This document shows, piece after piece, positions 1-10,405 of a stretch of 64,000 nucleotides of DNA (its first letter is position 1; each line of letters opens with the position of its first letter). A model generated the notes under the pieces. The model was not told where the DNA came from. It was given only the letters and a program-made list of their open reading frames with translations, and searched no databases. Source of the stretch: Macrostomum hystrix (lineage: Eukaryota > Animalia > Platyhelminthes); assembly GCA_950097015.1 (NCBI GenBank), contig CATNEN010000003.1:5270001-5334000 (forward strand). Direction: 5' to 3'. A program made the translations under genes and the position numbers.

Positions 1-343
1 CAGGCGCCAGCCTTCACTCCGTTACTGATCGACGAGCTGGTGATGCTCTGTATCACGACCGACTGAAGGCGTCGGCGAGTCTGGTTGTTAATCCGCACCA
101 GGTCTGGACGCAACTGCTTGACGAGCCGAAGATCGGTTGGCCTCGGCGCGCGTTCTGATAGAACTCGAAGACGGCCTGACTTTCATGTTACGCAATTGCG
201 ACGTGTTTCCAGTTTTAGCCACTAGAGTTTGCTAGCTTTTCGAACTGTGTATGCTTTGCTCGTTCTAAACATTTATATTCGTGACCCGCTAAATGTGTGC
301 GTAGCAACCCGCTACATGTGGAGGCAGGGCCATAGCCGGGGTC

Positions 344-1100
344 TTAGAGGAACTCGTCGAAGAAGTTGATGGCCGAACAGGGCTGAGCACAGAGAGCAGC
401 TGGGGTAAGCCTGATCTTGAACATATGACTGTTGAAAAAGTGTTCGACCGATTCAGCGGCGGCACTGTAGTGACGGCAGCTAAGTGACGTCGTAGGGTCG
501 AGCCTCGCCGCGTAGGAAGCTATAGGAACTTGCATTGTTTCCGAGCGTAATTGGGCCAAGGTGGTTCTTTTGCGTCTGCTGAGGAGTGAGTTGATGAAGA
601 GGTCGATGCGCTCGCGAAAGATGACTGTGTGAATAGTGATGAGGAACGTGCAAAGGTATGGCCAAGCGTCGATAACAGGGACGTTTAGATACAGAAGCAT
701 TAGGATGGAGTTGTTGAAAAGGCGAAGGTTGCCACGGACGGTGCTGTGCGGTGCCGGCTCAGAGAGCAGGTGTCCGTTCTGGTGGCCGGGAAGGGCGCAG
801 GCGATATAGTGGCTCGCTAGACGCAACAGTCAGCGACGAAATTGGGTGCCGCAGGACCTGCAGAGAGCTGATGAAATTCGGTCGCGGGGGCCGGGAGGGG
901 ACAGGGCCGGTGTGCGTTGCAGGTGCGCCCACTTGTAGAGGGCATATACTCCTATCGTACTCGATGCTCTCGGATGCTTGAAAAGCCGGATAGATCAGCC
1001 CTGAGTACGCCGATTCCCGCTGCCAAGACACTGGAGCGTCTTGATGTCAGCGCTAACGTCTCGAAGATGTGCAGCTTGTGCGTCGGTCTCGACTACCAGT
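344..1100 (-). pseudogene. Degraded SGNH/GDSL-hydrolase-like coding remnant (possibly TE ORF1-derived), split across frames
   Basis: Minus-strand fragments in different frames: LVVETDAQAAHLRDVSADIKTLQCLG, ICPLQVG...NFISSLQVL, IACALP...LRLFNNSIL...LNVPVIDAWP. Their order resembles SGNH blocks, but stops and frameshifts intervene and the catalytic motifs are not intact. Confidence 0.25.
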
Positions 1101-1899
1101 AATTATTGTTTCGACTTGAAAGAAATCTCTATGATTTATATGTGCGAAATAAATACAATGGCTAAATTGGGTTTTGCTTCCATTAGGACATCACGGACGT
1201 TACACCGAAGTACTGTTTAGGCCGGGCTGCACCAGTGCTGTTACGACTACCAAATTTTGTCTCCACGGAATGCGGACCTTTTCGATAAAGCACGAAAATT
1301 GATCAGGTCTGGTCGATAAGTTGTACGAAAATTAGACGTAACATACAATTCTCATGTTTGTGGACAATATAGTCATGCACAGCACAATTTTGCGTGTGAA
1401 AAGTGTCAATCAAAGTCGAAATAAAAGCCTGGATGTTATGCAATGAAACTAAGCTCAGCAAGAAAGGACGCTAAATTCATTTACTTTTACCAATAGAACC
1501 TACGAAAATGGATCGATTACAAAAATGGTGGGAAACAGCGCGATGAGTTGAAACAAAGGCGCGGATGCTAACGACGCTTTTCAAAGAAATCCAAGAAGGT
1601 TCCCAAGCTAAGCAGTATTATTCCCATTCAACAAAGTAAAAAGGAAATGAGTTCCATTCATCCTGCTGGATGCTGCATGTCTTTGCTAAAACGGATGGTG
1701 ACAGCCATGGCTGCATGGCACTGCAAATGCGCGATCCAAGCCAAAATTTTCATCTGATGAGAAGCGGTTTTTTAAACTGAGTTTTAGACTAACTGACTGA
1801 AACAGGATGAGGTAGCTAAGCGTTTGGCTGAGTATAAATTAGGCAGGGCATGACTGGAGCTTGACGGTACTGAACAGCGACTCGGAAAATTGTGCCGAA

Positions 1900-2664
1900 A
1901 TGAGAAAACAATTCAAGTTTTGCCGAGCTGCAGCTCTCGTGTTGCTGATGCTGAGTCTAATCAGAAGTGCAGACGGATTTGGAGCTTCCAGATTCTACTC
2001 AATTGTTGGTCAGCTCTGCATCAAGCGAGAGTTCGTGCAGACGCTCGCGGGGGCCGCTAGCAAGATGGTCTGCGGAGCACTCTGCGCCAGACATCCTCGC
2101 TGCCAGGCCTTCACCATGGCTGACGGTCCGTGTCAGCTGTTCGTGTTCGACAAGTGCAGCAAGTCGGTGAGGGACTGCAGCTGCTCCAGGAGAGGCCAGG
2201 TGTTTGTGAAGGAGCAGCCAGGACTGCAGCCAGGTGCGCTGTGTCCGACTGGCTACGGTGACGACTTGTGCGGAGTGAAGTACAAGCTGCTGACTGACGC
2301 AGACTATTGGTGGCCGAGTCGATGGAGGTGCGAGGCAGAGAGCGGTCTGGTGATCATGGCCGACGTTGTAGACGCCGCTGAGATGACCCACGTGGAGAGT
2401 TTGTGGTCAGCTCAAGCTGGAGGCCAGTCGATCTGGCTCGGTGGCTTCCAGCCAGCTGGCAGCGTGGAGAATCGAGGCGGCTGGTACTGGGTCGGCTGCA
2501 ACATCACCCTGGATGACAGTCTCTGGAACGTAAACGAACCAGACAACAGTGGAGACAGAGAAAATGTGGTTGGAAGATATTTTTCGCGAGATCGACTGGC
2601 TGACTTTTGGGAGTCTGTTGAAACCTTTAAAGTTCTGTGCGAATGCACATCTCCATTCGACTGA
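1900..2664 (+). CDS. Secreted PAN/apple-like + C-type lectin domain protein, paralog 1 (single exon, 254 aa)
   Basis: ATG at 1900 followed by a hydrophobic signal peptide (AAALVLLMLSLI). PAN-like Cys pattern CGALCARHPRCQAF...CQL. CTLD motifs SIWLGG, WYW, WNVNEPDN, VLCE. TATAAA at about 1833. Confidence 0.85.
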   Translation: MRKQFKFCRAAALVLLMLSLIRSADGFGASRFYSIVGQLCIKREFVQTLAGAASKMVCGALCARHPRCQAFTMADGPCQLFVFDKCSKSVRDCSCSRRGQVFVKEQPGLQPGALCPTGYGDDLCGVKYKLLTDADYWWPSRWRCEAESGLVIMADVVDAAEMTHVESLWSAQAGGQSIWLGGFQPAGSVENRGGWYWVGCNITLDDSLWNVNEPDNSGDRENVVGRYFSRDRLADFWESVETFKVLCECTSPFD

Positions 2665-3113
2665 CAGCGCGAAGGGGCTAGGTCAGACTGCTGAAACTGG
2701 CGACGATCTTCGTAAAACACAAGCAATTATTTTGCTTTTGATAGATGAAAGGAATTTGTGGAACTTGCAGTGAAACTTTAGTCCTCGTACAGCGCGTTAT
2801 CTTTATATAATATATCTATTTTCTATGACTTTTAACACAACTGGTAGTTTAATATCAAAGGTTGGCTACCAGAACATCTTGATTAGTACTCGTAGTACCG
2901 CTATAAAACAATAAAACGACAGAAATTTGACAAGCTTTTTTCAAGCTCTTCTCACCTGATGAAGAATTCGAAGTTTCCGAAATCAATAAGCCATGAAATT
3001 CTGCATTCACTCTGAATTACGAGAAGAAGAAACTGTTCGATGCCTTAACAGAGGTTCTGCGGCATTTCGTCAAACTAGTCGTACCTCTTTCCTTCAAAAC
3101 ATATTTCCGAGAA

Positions 3114-4019
3114 TGGCAGTGAGGCAGATTGGGAGTGAGGCAGATTGGGAGTGAGGCAGATTGGGAGTGAGGCAGATTGGGAGTGAGGCAGATTGGGAGT
3201 GAGGCAGATTGGGAGTGAGGCAGATTGGGAGTGAGGCAGATTGGGAGTGAGGCAGATTGGGAGTGAGGCAGATTGGGAGTGAGGCAGATTGGGAGTGAGG
3301 CAGATTGGGAGTGAGGCAGATTGGGAGTGAGGCAGATTGGGAGTGAGGCAGACAGTGAGGCAGATTGGGAGTGAGGCAGATTGGGAGTGAGGCAGATTGG
3401 GAGTGAGGCAGATTGGGAGTGAGGCAGATTGGGAGTGAGGCAGATTGGGAGTGAGGCAGATTGGGAGTGAGGCAGATTGGCAGTGAGGCAGATTGGCAGT
3501 GAGGCAGATTGGCAGTGAGGCAGATTGGCAGTGAGGCAGATTGGCAGTGAGGCAGATTGGCAGTGAGGCAGATTGGCAGTGAGGCAGATTGGCAGTGAGG
3601 CAGATTGGCAGTGAGGCAGATGGCAGTGAGGCAGATAGCAGTGAGGCAGATTGGCAGTGAGGCAGATTGGGAGTGAGGCAGATTGGGAGTGAGGCAGATT
3701 GGGAGTGAGGCAGATTGGGAGTGAGGCAGATTGGGAGTGAGGCAGATTGGGAGTGAGGCAGATTGGGAGTGAGGCAGATTGGCAGTGAGGCAGATTGGCA
3801 GTGAGGCAGATTGGGAGTGAGGCAGATTGGCAGTGAGGCAGATTGGCAGTGAGGCAGATTGGCAGTGAGGCAGATTGGCAGTGAGGCAGATTGGCAGTGA
3901 GGCAGATTGGCAGTGAGGCAGATTGGCAGTGAGGCAGATAGCAGTGAGGCAGATTGGCAGTGAGGCAGATTGGCAGTGAGGCAGATTGGCAGTGAGGCAG
4001 ATTGGCAGTGAGGCAGATT
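3114..4019. repeat. 16-bp minisatellite (GG[G/C]AGTGAGGCAGATT)n, copy 1
   Basis: Directly visible tandem array; the 16-aa periodicity of its ORF translations equals 3 x 16 bp. Confidence 0.97.
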
Positions 4020-4400
4020 CTTCGTTTAAGATACGCAAAGCAAAGAGACAACTTAAAAGCGAAGATGCAAATAAAAACGAAAAGGCAAATATTCTGGAAC
4101 ATTGGCACGGAAGATTGCGAATAGGTGCCTGCCACCAGGCTCACAAGACCCTGGGTCCTGTCCTTGATCATGCCTGCTAAAGCGGTTTTCGTTTTGAATT
4201 AAATCAATAGATGCAAACTTAGCAACATCTCGCCAATGCTCTGAGAATTTAACGATATATTTGTCTTTCCGGAACAAACATTTGATAAAGCCGTCAAAAT
4301 TGACAGACGGTAAGCTTCAAGGCGCAACAGAGTCTTTCAAGTTACAACTATACACAGGGAAAACTTCTTGTCGTGAAACCAACTGTTGCACAGAACCATA

Positions 4401-5171
4401 ATGCGTCTGCATTCTTTCTCCTTGACAGCAGCACTCACTGGCCTTCTCATCGCGAATCGTCACCTCTTTGCTGCGATTCAAAGCAGCGAGTTTTCGAACT
4501 TTTTTCGCACAACTGGAAGCCTCTGCATCAAGCCAGAGTTCGTGCAGACGCTCGCGGGGGCCGCTAGCAAGATGGTCTGCGGTGCACTCTGCACCAGCCA
4601 TCCTCGCTGCCAGGCCTTCACCATGGCTGACGGTCCGTGTCAGCTGTTCGTGTTCGACAAGTGCAGCAAGTCGGTGAGGGACTGCAGCTGCTCCAGGAGA
4701 GGCCAGGTGTTTGTGAAGGAGCAGCCGGGACTGCAGCCAGGCGCGCTGTGTCCGACTGGCTACGGTGACGACTTGTGCGGAGTGAAGTACAAGCTGCTGA
4801 CTGACGCCGACTATTGGTGGCCGAGTCGACGGAGGTGCGAGGCAGAGAGCGGTCTGGTGATCATGGCCGACGTTGTAGACGCCGCTGAGATGACCCACGT
4901 GGAGAGTTTGTGGTCAGCTCAAGCTGGAGGCCAGTCGATCTGGCTCGGTGGCTTCCAGCCAGCTGGCAGCGTCGAGAATCGAGGCGGCTGGTACTGGGTC
5001 GGCTGCAACATCACTCTGGATGACAGTCTCTGGAACCCTAACGAGCCAAACAACAGTGGAGGAAAAGAGAACGTCGTAGGAAGATATTTTCTGCGACATC
5101 GATTAGCAGACTTTTGGGAGTCAGCCACTACTTTAAGAGTTCTGTGCGAATGTACATCTCCATTCGACTAA
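4401..5171 (+). CDS. Secreted PAN/apple-like + C-type lectin domain protein, paralog 2 (single exon, 256 aa)
   Basis: ATG at 4401 and a different signal peptide. From 4521 it is colinear with paralog 1 at an offset of 2507 nt. Carries an EPN motif (WNPNEPNN). Confidence 0.85.
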   Translation: MRLHSFSLTAALTGLLIANRHLFAAIQSSEFSNFFRTTGSLCIKPEFVQTLAGAASKMVCGALCTSHPRCQAFTMADGPCQLFVFDKCSKSVRDCSCSRRGQVFVKEQPGLQPGALCPTGYGDDLCGVKYKLLTDADYWWPSRRRCEAESGLVIMADVVDAAEMTHVESLWSAQAGGQSIWLGGFQPAGSVENRGGWYWVGCNITLDDSLWNPNEPNNSGGKENVVGRYFLRHRLADFWESATTLRVLCECTSPFD

Positions 5172-5738
5172 CAGTGAGAAGCAGCACGTCAGACTGATGA
5201 AAATGACCACGATCTTTGAAAAACATGAACATATTTTTGGTTTTGAAAAAAGAGATGAATGTCGAACTTGCGGTGTAGCTTTTTTGACGCTTTCATCCTT
5301 TTATATTTATTCAATTCACATTTTTTGTAATAACACAACAGGTAGTTTATTTCAGCGGTTAGCTCCTAGAACTCTCTGAATAAGTAGTACTATCAAAAAT
5401 ACATCAGTAGAGATTTTTTGAAGTTCATGAATCATTGGCTATGAAACCGCATTCACTCTGAACACCTAGAAAATAAACTGTTTGGTGCCAAAGCAAACTT
5501 TCCGCGCTACTTAGTCAATCTACCTCTTTCCAATGATACACGTTTTGCACAAAAGTTTTGCATTTTCTGAAATAAAAGATAAAGAACGGAAGGTATTAGA
5601 CGAAGTTGGAAAGCTAGTTTGACGGAGAACCACGATTCCAGATCCAGAAAATCGTTATTCTCGACAGATGAAACCAGAGCGATAAATTTGAGTCGAGCAC
5701 TGCTGTCTAGCAGACAACCCCAACATTTCAACGAGCAA

Positions 5739-6255
5739 ATGGCAGTGAGGCAGACAGTGAGGCAGATTGGGAGTGAGGCAGACAGTGAGGCAGATTGGGA
5801 GTGAGGCAGATTGGTAGTGAGGCAGATTGGCAGTGAGGCACATTGACAGTGAGGCAGATTGGCAGTGAGGCAGATTGGGAGTGAGGCAGACAGTGAGGCA
5901 GATTGGGAGTGAGGCAGATTGGTAGTGAGGCAGATTGGCAGTGAGGCACATTGACAGTGAGGCAGATTGGCAGTGAGGCAGATTGGGAGTGAGGCAGACA
6001 GTGAGGCAGATTGGGAGTGAGGCAGATTGGTAGTGAGGCAGATTGGCAGTGAGGCAGATTGGGAGTGAGGCAGATTGGCAGTGAGGCAGATTGGCAGTGA
6101 GGCAGATTGGCAGGGAGGCAGATTGGCAGTGAGGCAGATTGGCAGTGAGGCAGATTGGCAGTGAGGCAGATTGGCAGTGAGGCAGATTGGCAGTGAGGCA
6201 GATTGGCAGTGAGGCAGATTGGCAGGGAGGCAGATTGGCAGTGAGGCAGATTGGG
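5739..6255. repeat. 16-bp minisatellite (GG[G/C]AGTGAGGCAGATT)n, copy 2
   Basis: Same unit as 3114-4019, at the equivalent position downstream of lectin paralog 2. Confidence 0.97.
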
Positions 6256-6761
6256 GGATAAGTTATAATCCACTTTTCACATTGAAGATCTCTTGATTAT
6301 TTTTCAATCGGAAGCTTCTCTGACGCAGCTGAGAATGGCGCAAAATAAATTCAGTTGAGTAATGTGGGATCATGTATGAAAATCTGGGGTGAATTTTCAT
6401 GTTAGTTCATTGTTCTTAGCGTTGTGCTCAACAGTAGGGAAGCTCAATTGATGAAATTGATTATCTAGTTCAGATTATCGCCAGTTGCCTTTCGCTCTAG
6501 GCCAGGGTGTTGCCATATCGGGCTAGCTTTTCAAATAAATTTAACTCGAGTCAAATACAAGAGATTGTTAAGTTCGGTAGAGTCTTCATCGGATTACGTT
6601 TGAGCTCATCCTTTTTAGCCAGCGGCAACTGTTAGCTCATTAGTTTTTTTTACTCTGCCGCTGCTTCAAGCTTAGAAATTGCTCAAAGCAACCCCTGATA
6701 CTTTAGACTGAAAAAATCGTTAATTAGTAAAATCGTTAATTGATCTCTAGTGAATCTACAA

Positions 6762-7369
6762 TATAAAAAGTTGAGTTGAGACACTTTTCTCAACCTTGGA
6801 GTCTGATCATTTTCATCTGCTTCAGCTGCAAACAGGTAAGATTCTATATAAACAGGTGCCTTTGTAGTACAGATGGCAACTTATCGTGTGATTTCTTGCA
6901 GTTGTACTTTTGATCTAATGCGCGTTATCTTAGATAAAGGTTTGCTGACTAGAACGGACCTTTTCCATGTTTGCTCACTACCGACGTCAAATATCGAAAA
7001 AAAATCTGCGCGAAACGACAAACAGTGCAAAATGATATTCAGCGTTAGATTTGCCAGATGCTGAAATCAGGGGCGGATGCTGGCAATAAGCCTTCTAGGC
7101 ATCTAGCCTTATATGCAGCATTCTTTTGCGACCGAAACTCGAGAACCGGGGCGCTTAACCAAACACTGCGGAGTGGGGTGGCTTCCGATTTGTAAATACT
7201 GAAGAGAGTCCGGCCACCATTTTTAGTTTCCCACGCCACTTAGGCACGTCAGGCCAACAAAAGGTGCGTCCCTAGGAATAACTGGTTGCTACCTGGTACG
7301 TTTATATGTGTATATATACTTGTCTGTTGAACTCAAAACTGGCACACCAATGACAATCTTATCTGACAG
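6762..7369 (+). promoter_or_regulatory. Putative TATA box, short non-coding exon and 5'UTR intron (6836-7369) of the GPCR at 7396
   Basis: TATAAAA at about 6762; donor CAG|GTAAGA at 6835/6836; acceptor TCTGACAG|G at 7369/7370, 26 nt before the ATG. Confidence 0.45.
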
Positions 7370-7395
7370 GTTGAAAACTCACCAAAGGCGTCACA

Positions 7396-8451
7396 ATGGT
7401 GAAGATGGAGCTCACAAACTACCAGTTCTCCGTGGAGGTCAACTGTACGGCAGAGCTCGGCCGTTGGTCACACCAGACTGAACTGTGGTTCATCATGTTC
7501 TACATCATCTGTGATGTCCTGCAGTCGATCATCTGCTTGATGGCTCTGGTTTTCAACGCCGTCTCATACGTGGCTCTGGGCATGGATGATAGTGACAGCG
7601 CTCTGGCACTCCAGCTGCGCACATTGTGCCTGTCTGACACAATCTTTGTACTGGCCAATACTCTGGACAATTTCTGTCACACAATTGAGTCCATTCCCAA
7701 TGCTGACATGAACTTTTACTTTCTGCCAATCTATGTGCACCCCATTGCTTGGAGCTTTCGAGCTCCTTTCATCACCATCCACAACTGGACCATGCTGTTT
7801 GTTTCCGTTGTGCGCTATGTCAAGATTCGCTGGCCTCTCAAAGGCAGCCTCTGGTTCACCCAGCGTCGAACAATGTACTACATTGTGGCAATCTGGGTGA
7901 TTAGTCTGGGCACTTCCCTGATCCGCTGTTTGGAGATCACCACGATCTACGGCTTGTGCCCTGACGGACTCTACCGCTTAGCTATTGTCGCTACGAAGAT
8001 ATTTCCAACTTACACGACCCTGACAAACTTCGGTCTGCAGACGGTCACTCCAGTGCTGATAGCTGTCGTGGTGAATATCCTACTATTGTACACCGTCAAG
8101 CACAACGCCAAGTTTCAGAAGGAGAACGCTTCAGGCGGGGCTAGTCGAGCTGACACCCAGCTGAAGGACATGACTCGCATGATTGTCCTGCTGCTGCAGC
8201 TGTACCTGATCTGCCAGATACCTATGATTCTGTTCGGCTTCAATGTCCTGCTGACGATTCCAACGCCAGTGTACATTGTGATCGGGCTAGTCGGCAATGT
8301 GATCTCCTCGCTTGACGGCTCCTGTAACTTCATCATCTACGTCTACGCTAATCCGCGCTTCAAGAAGAATGTCAAACAAATTTTCGGCATGCGAGATTAT
8401 AGCGACAGCAGCCGGGCCACCTCCATGATGTCAATCGCTATGAAGCCGTGA
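7396..8451 (+). CDS. Class A (rhodopsin-like) GPCR, FMRFamide/Srw-like peptide receptor group, intronless CDS, 351 aa
   Basis: Seven hydrophobic segments. TM1 FN, TM2 LCLSD, TM3 SVVRY (DRY variant) then RWPL, TM4 W, TM6 CQIP, TM7 NFIIY followed by NPRF; N-terminal NCT sequon. Confidence 0.9.
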   Translation: MVKMELTNYQFSVEVNCTAELGRWSHQTELWFIMFYIICDVLQSIICLMALVFNAVSYVALGMDDSDSALALQLRTLCLSDTIFVLANTLDNFCHTIESIPNADMNFYFLPIYVHPIAWSFRAPFITIHNWTMLFVSVVRYVKIRWPLKGSLWFTQRRTMYYIVAIWVISLGTSLIRCLEITTIYGLCPDGLYRLAIVATKIFPTYTTLTNFGLQTVTPVLIAVVVNILLLYTVKHNAKFQKENASGGASRADTQLKDMTRMIVLLLQLYLICQIPMILFGFNVLLTIPTPVYIVIGLVGNVISSLDGSCNFIIYVYANPRFKKNVKQIFGMRDYSDSSRATSMMSIAMKP

Positions 8452-8573
8452 GCTTCGATGGCGGATGTTGGACAATGGACGCCCTTGGTCGATCTGAGAA
8501 GAATCTGCAGAATCTGCAGTAAAAACTTAATTTTTACTTTGGCACTCACTTTGGCAGACGGGATTTTTAACTA

Positions 8574-8828
8574 GGGGATTGTAGCCTAGTGGTTAAAGCG
8601 TCAGACTTGAAGGTCGGGGGTTCGATTCCCTAGTCGATTGTTTAGCAGGACAAGTAACTTTGCATTGCTTCAGTTCACCCAGCTGTTTAATAAGAACCAG
8701 AATTAGCTACGTTAATGGGCGTCTCCCCAGTCCATGGACTGAACAGCCGTACGCAGCCTTCAGATTCAATAGCTACGGCTGTCCTGTCGGCTGCACATCT
8801 TGTCTGATTGCGGCAGGTGCAATCAGTT
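8574..8828 (+). mobile_element. tRNA-derived SINE family A (CORE-like), partially deleted copy
   Basis: A box TAGCCTAGTGG and B box GGTTCGATTCC. Body (TTGCTTCAGTTCACCCAGCTG, CCAGTCCATGGACTGAACAG) is shared with copies at 17.8, 27.1 and 50.9 kb. Confidence 0.85.
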
Positions 8829-9804
8829 AAAATCGATAGAGTTACTTTGGCACTGAGCACTATGGAGATATTTATTCACTTAAATTTATCATATTTCTAT
8901 TTTCACTGCTTCTAGATGTCAATTTATTTCACCCAGAAAGCACGTACCTCAGAGAAAGCGTTAATTATTTATTTTATTTTCGCTGACACAAAAATGCTTA
9001 CTATACTACTCGCACCAGCAGTTTAAGCTCGGATATTCGAATATCTTATCCTTCTCAGATTTTCTCCATGATAACTGCACATAGTTTTCTTGCGAGTTAC
9101 ATTCCAGGCATTATTCCAGTTATATTATTTAAAAAAGTCGCTCTGATCCAATAAATAAAGCATATTGTGCTAAGAGAAGTATAAGGGAAGCAGACATTAT
9201 GGACATTGTTGACTGTCAGTAAATACAATTTTACCATAAAATGTCGTGCTTATTGTGCTTATTGTGCGTGACACTTTTACGTACCTCCCACTCCGCCCAG
9301 TTAATTCTCTTCTGTCGCCTCGATCAAGGACGGGGGTCCCTCGATCGTCACCTCGTTAGCAAGCGAAAAGCGAGGCGAGGGTTTGGTTTGAAAATTATTT
9401 GGAAAATGTTTAAATTAACTTTCTGTAGGCGAGAGAAAATCTTTTTATTCCTCTTTGAGTCGAGGCCAAGAAGGCCATCTCTAAAACAACTGTTAATTAC
9501 TAGTCCGATTGTCCGAAAAGAGTCACCGAAAATAATTGACAAAGCAAGGGAGGAGCTTCTGGAAATAATTAAAAAGGATACAACGCCGACTGAATTAAAT
9601 AATTTTTGAAGCTAAAAATTGTCAAGACATCAATTGTGGAAACTACATTCACTTTTTTAACAGTCTTTCAGGATGGACTGCTCTTGAAAGCTGTTAGCAT
9701 CAAATATATTAGTTTAATTCAACAGTTGATTCTTTAGTAGATTCCCCCTCAGCTCATCTGCCGATTACATGAAAAAATTCCCCAGCCGGTTCTTTCAATA
9801 ATTA

Positions 9805-10405
9805 CTCAGTCGATTCCTCAGCCGATTCCTCAGCCGATTCCTCAGCCGATTCCTCGGCCGATTCCTCAGCCGATTCCTCAGCCGATTCCTCAGCCGATTC
9901 CTCAGCCGATTCCTCAGCTGATCCCTCAGCCGATTCCTCAGCCGATTCCTCAGCCGATTCCTCAGCCGATTCCTCAGCCGATTCCTCAGCCGATTCCTCA
10001 GCCGATTCCTCAGCCGATTCCTCAGCCGATTCCTCAGCCGATTCCTCAGCCGATTCCTCAGCCGATTCCTCAGCCGATTCCTCAGCCGATTCCTCAGCCG
10101 ATTCCTCAGCCGATTCCTCAGCCGATTCCTCAGCCGATAACTCAGCCGATTCCTCAGCCGATTCCTCAGCCGATTCCTCAGCCGATTCCTCAGCCGATTC
10201 CTCAGCCGATTCCTCAGCCGATTCCTCAGCCGATTCCTCAGCCGATTCCTCAGCCGATTCCTCAGCCGATTCCTCAGCCGATTCCTCAGCCGATAACTCA
10301 GCCGATTCCTCAGCCGATTCCTCAGCCGATTCCTCAGCCGATTCCTCAGCCGATTCCTCAGCCGATTCCTCAGCCGATTCCTCAGCCGATTCCTCAGCCG
10401 ATACC
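9805..10405. repeat. 12-bp minisatellite (CAGCCGATTCCT)n
   Basis: Visible array starting immediately after the stop codon of the minus-strand GT31 gene. Confidence 0.97.

Noticed and set aside
3-158. Open plus-strand frame at the window start (possible 3' end of a gene)
   Set aside because: Only about 50 codons with no recognisable motif.
2955-2985. CTGATGA...CGAAA hammerhead-like core (and a truncated one on the minus strand near 53800)
   Set aside because: Stem II closes with a mismatch, no stems I/III are evident, and it is not kept in the paralogous flank.
3017-4171. 384-aa and 314-aa Cys/Pro-rich ORFs, and similar ones at 5655-6273, 9795-10523, 12886-13401, 49999-50835, 52272-52990 and 55333-58583
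   Set aside because: All are translations of tandem repeats.
8574-8640. Possible tRNA gene (also at 27340-27412 and 17030-17100)
   Set aside because: The acceptor stem is incomplete and each head is followed by a shared repeated body, so these are SINE heads.
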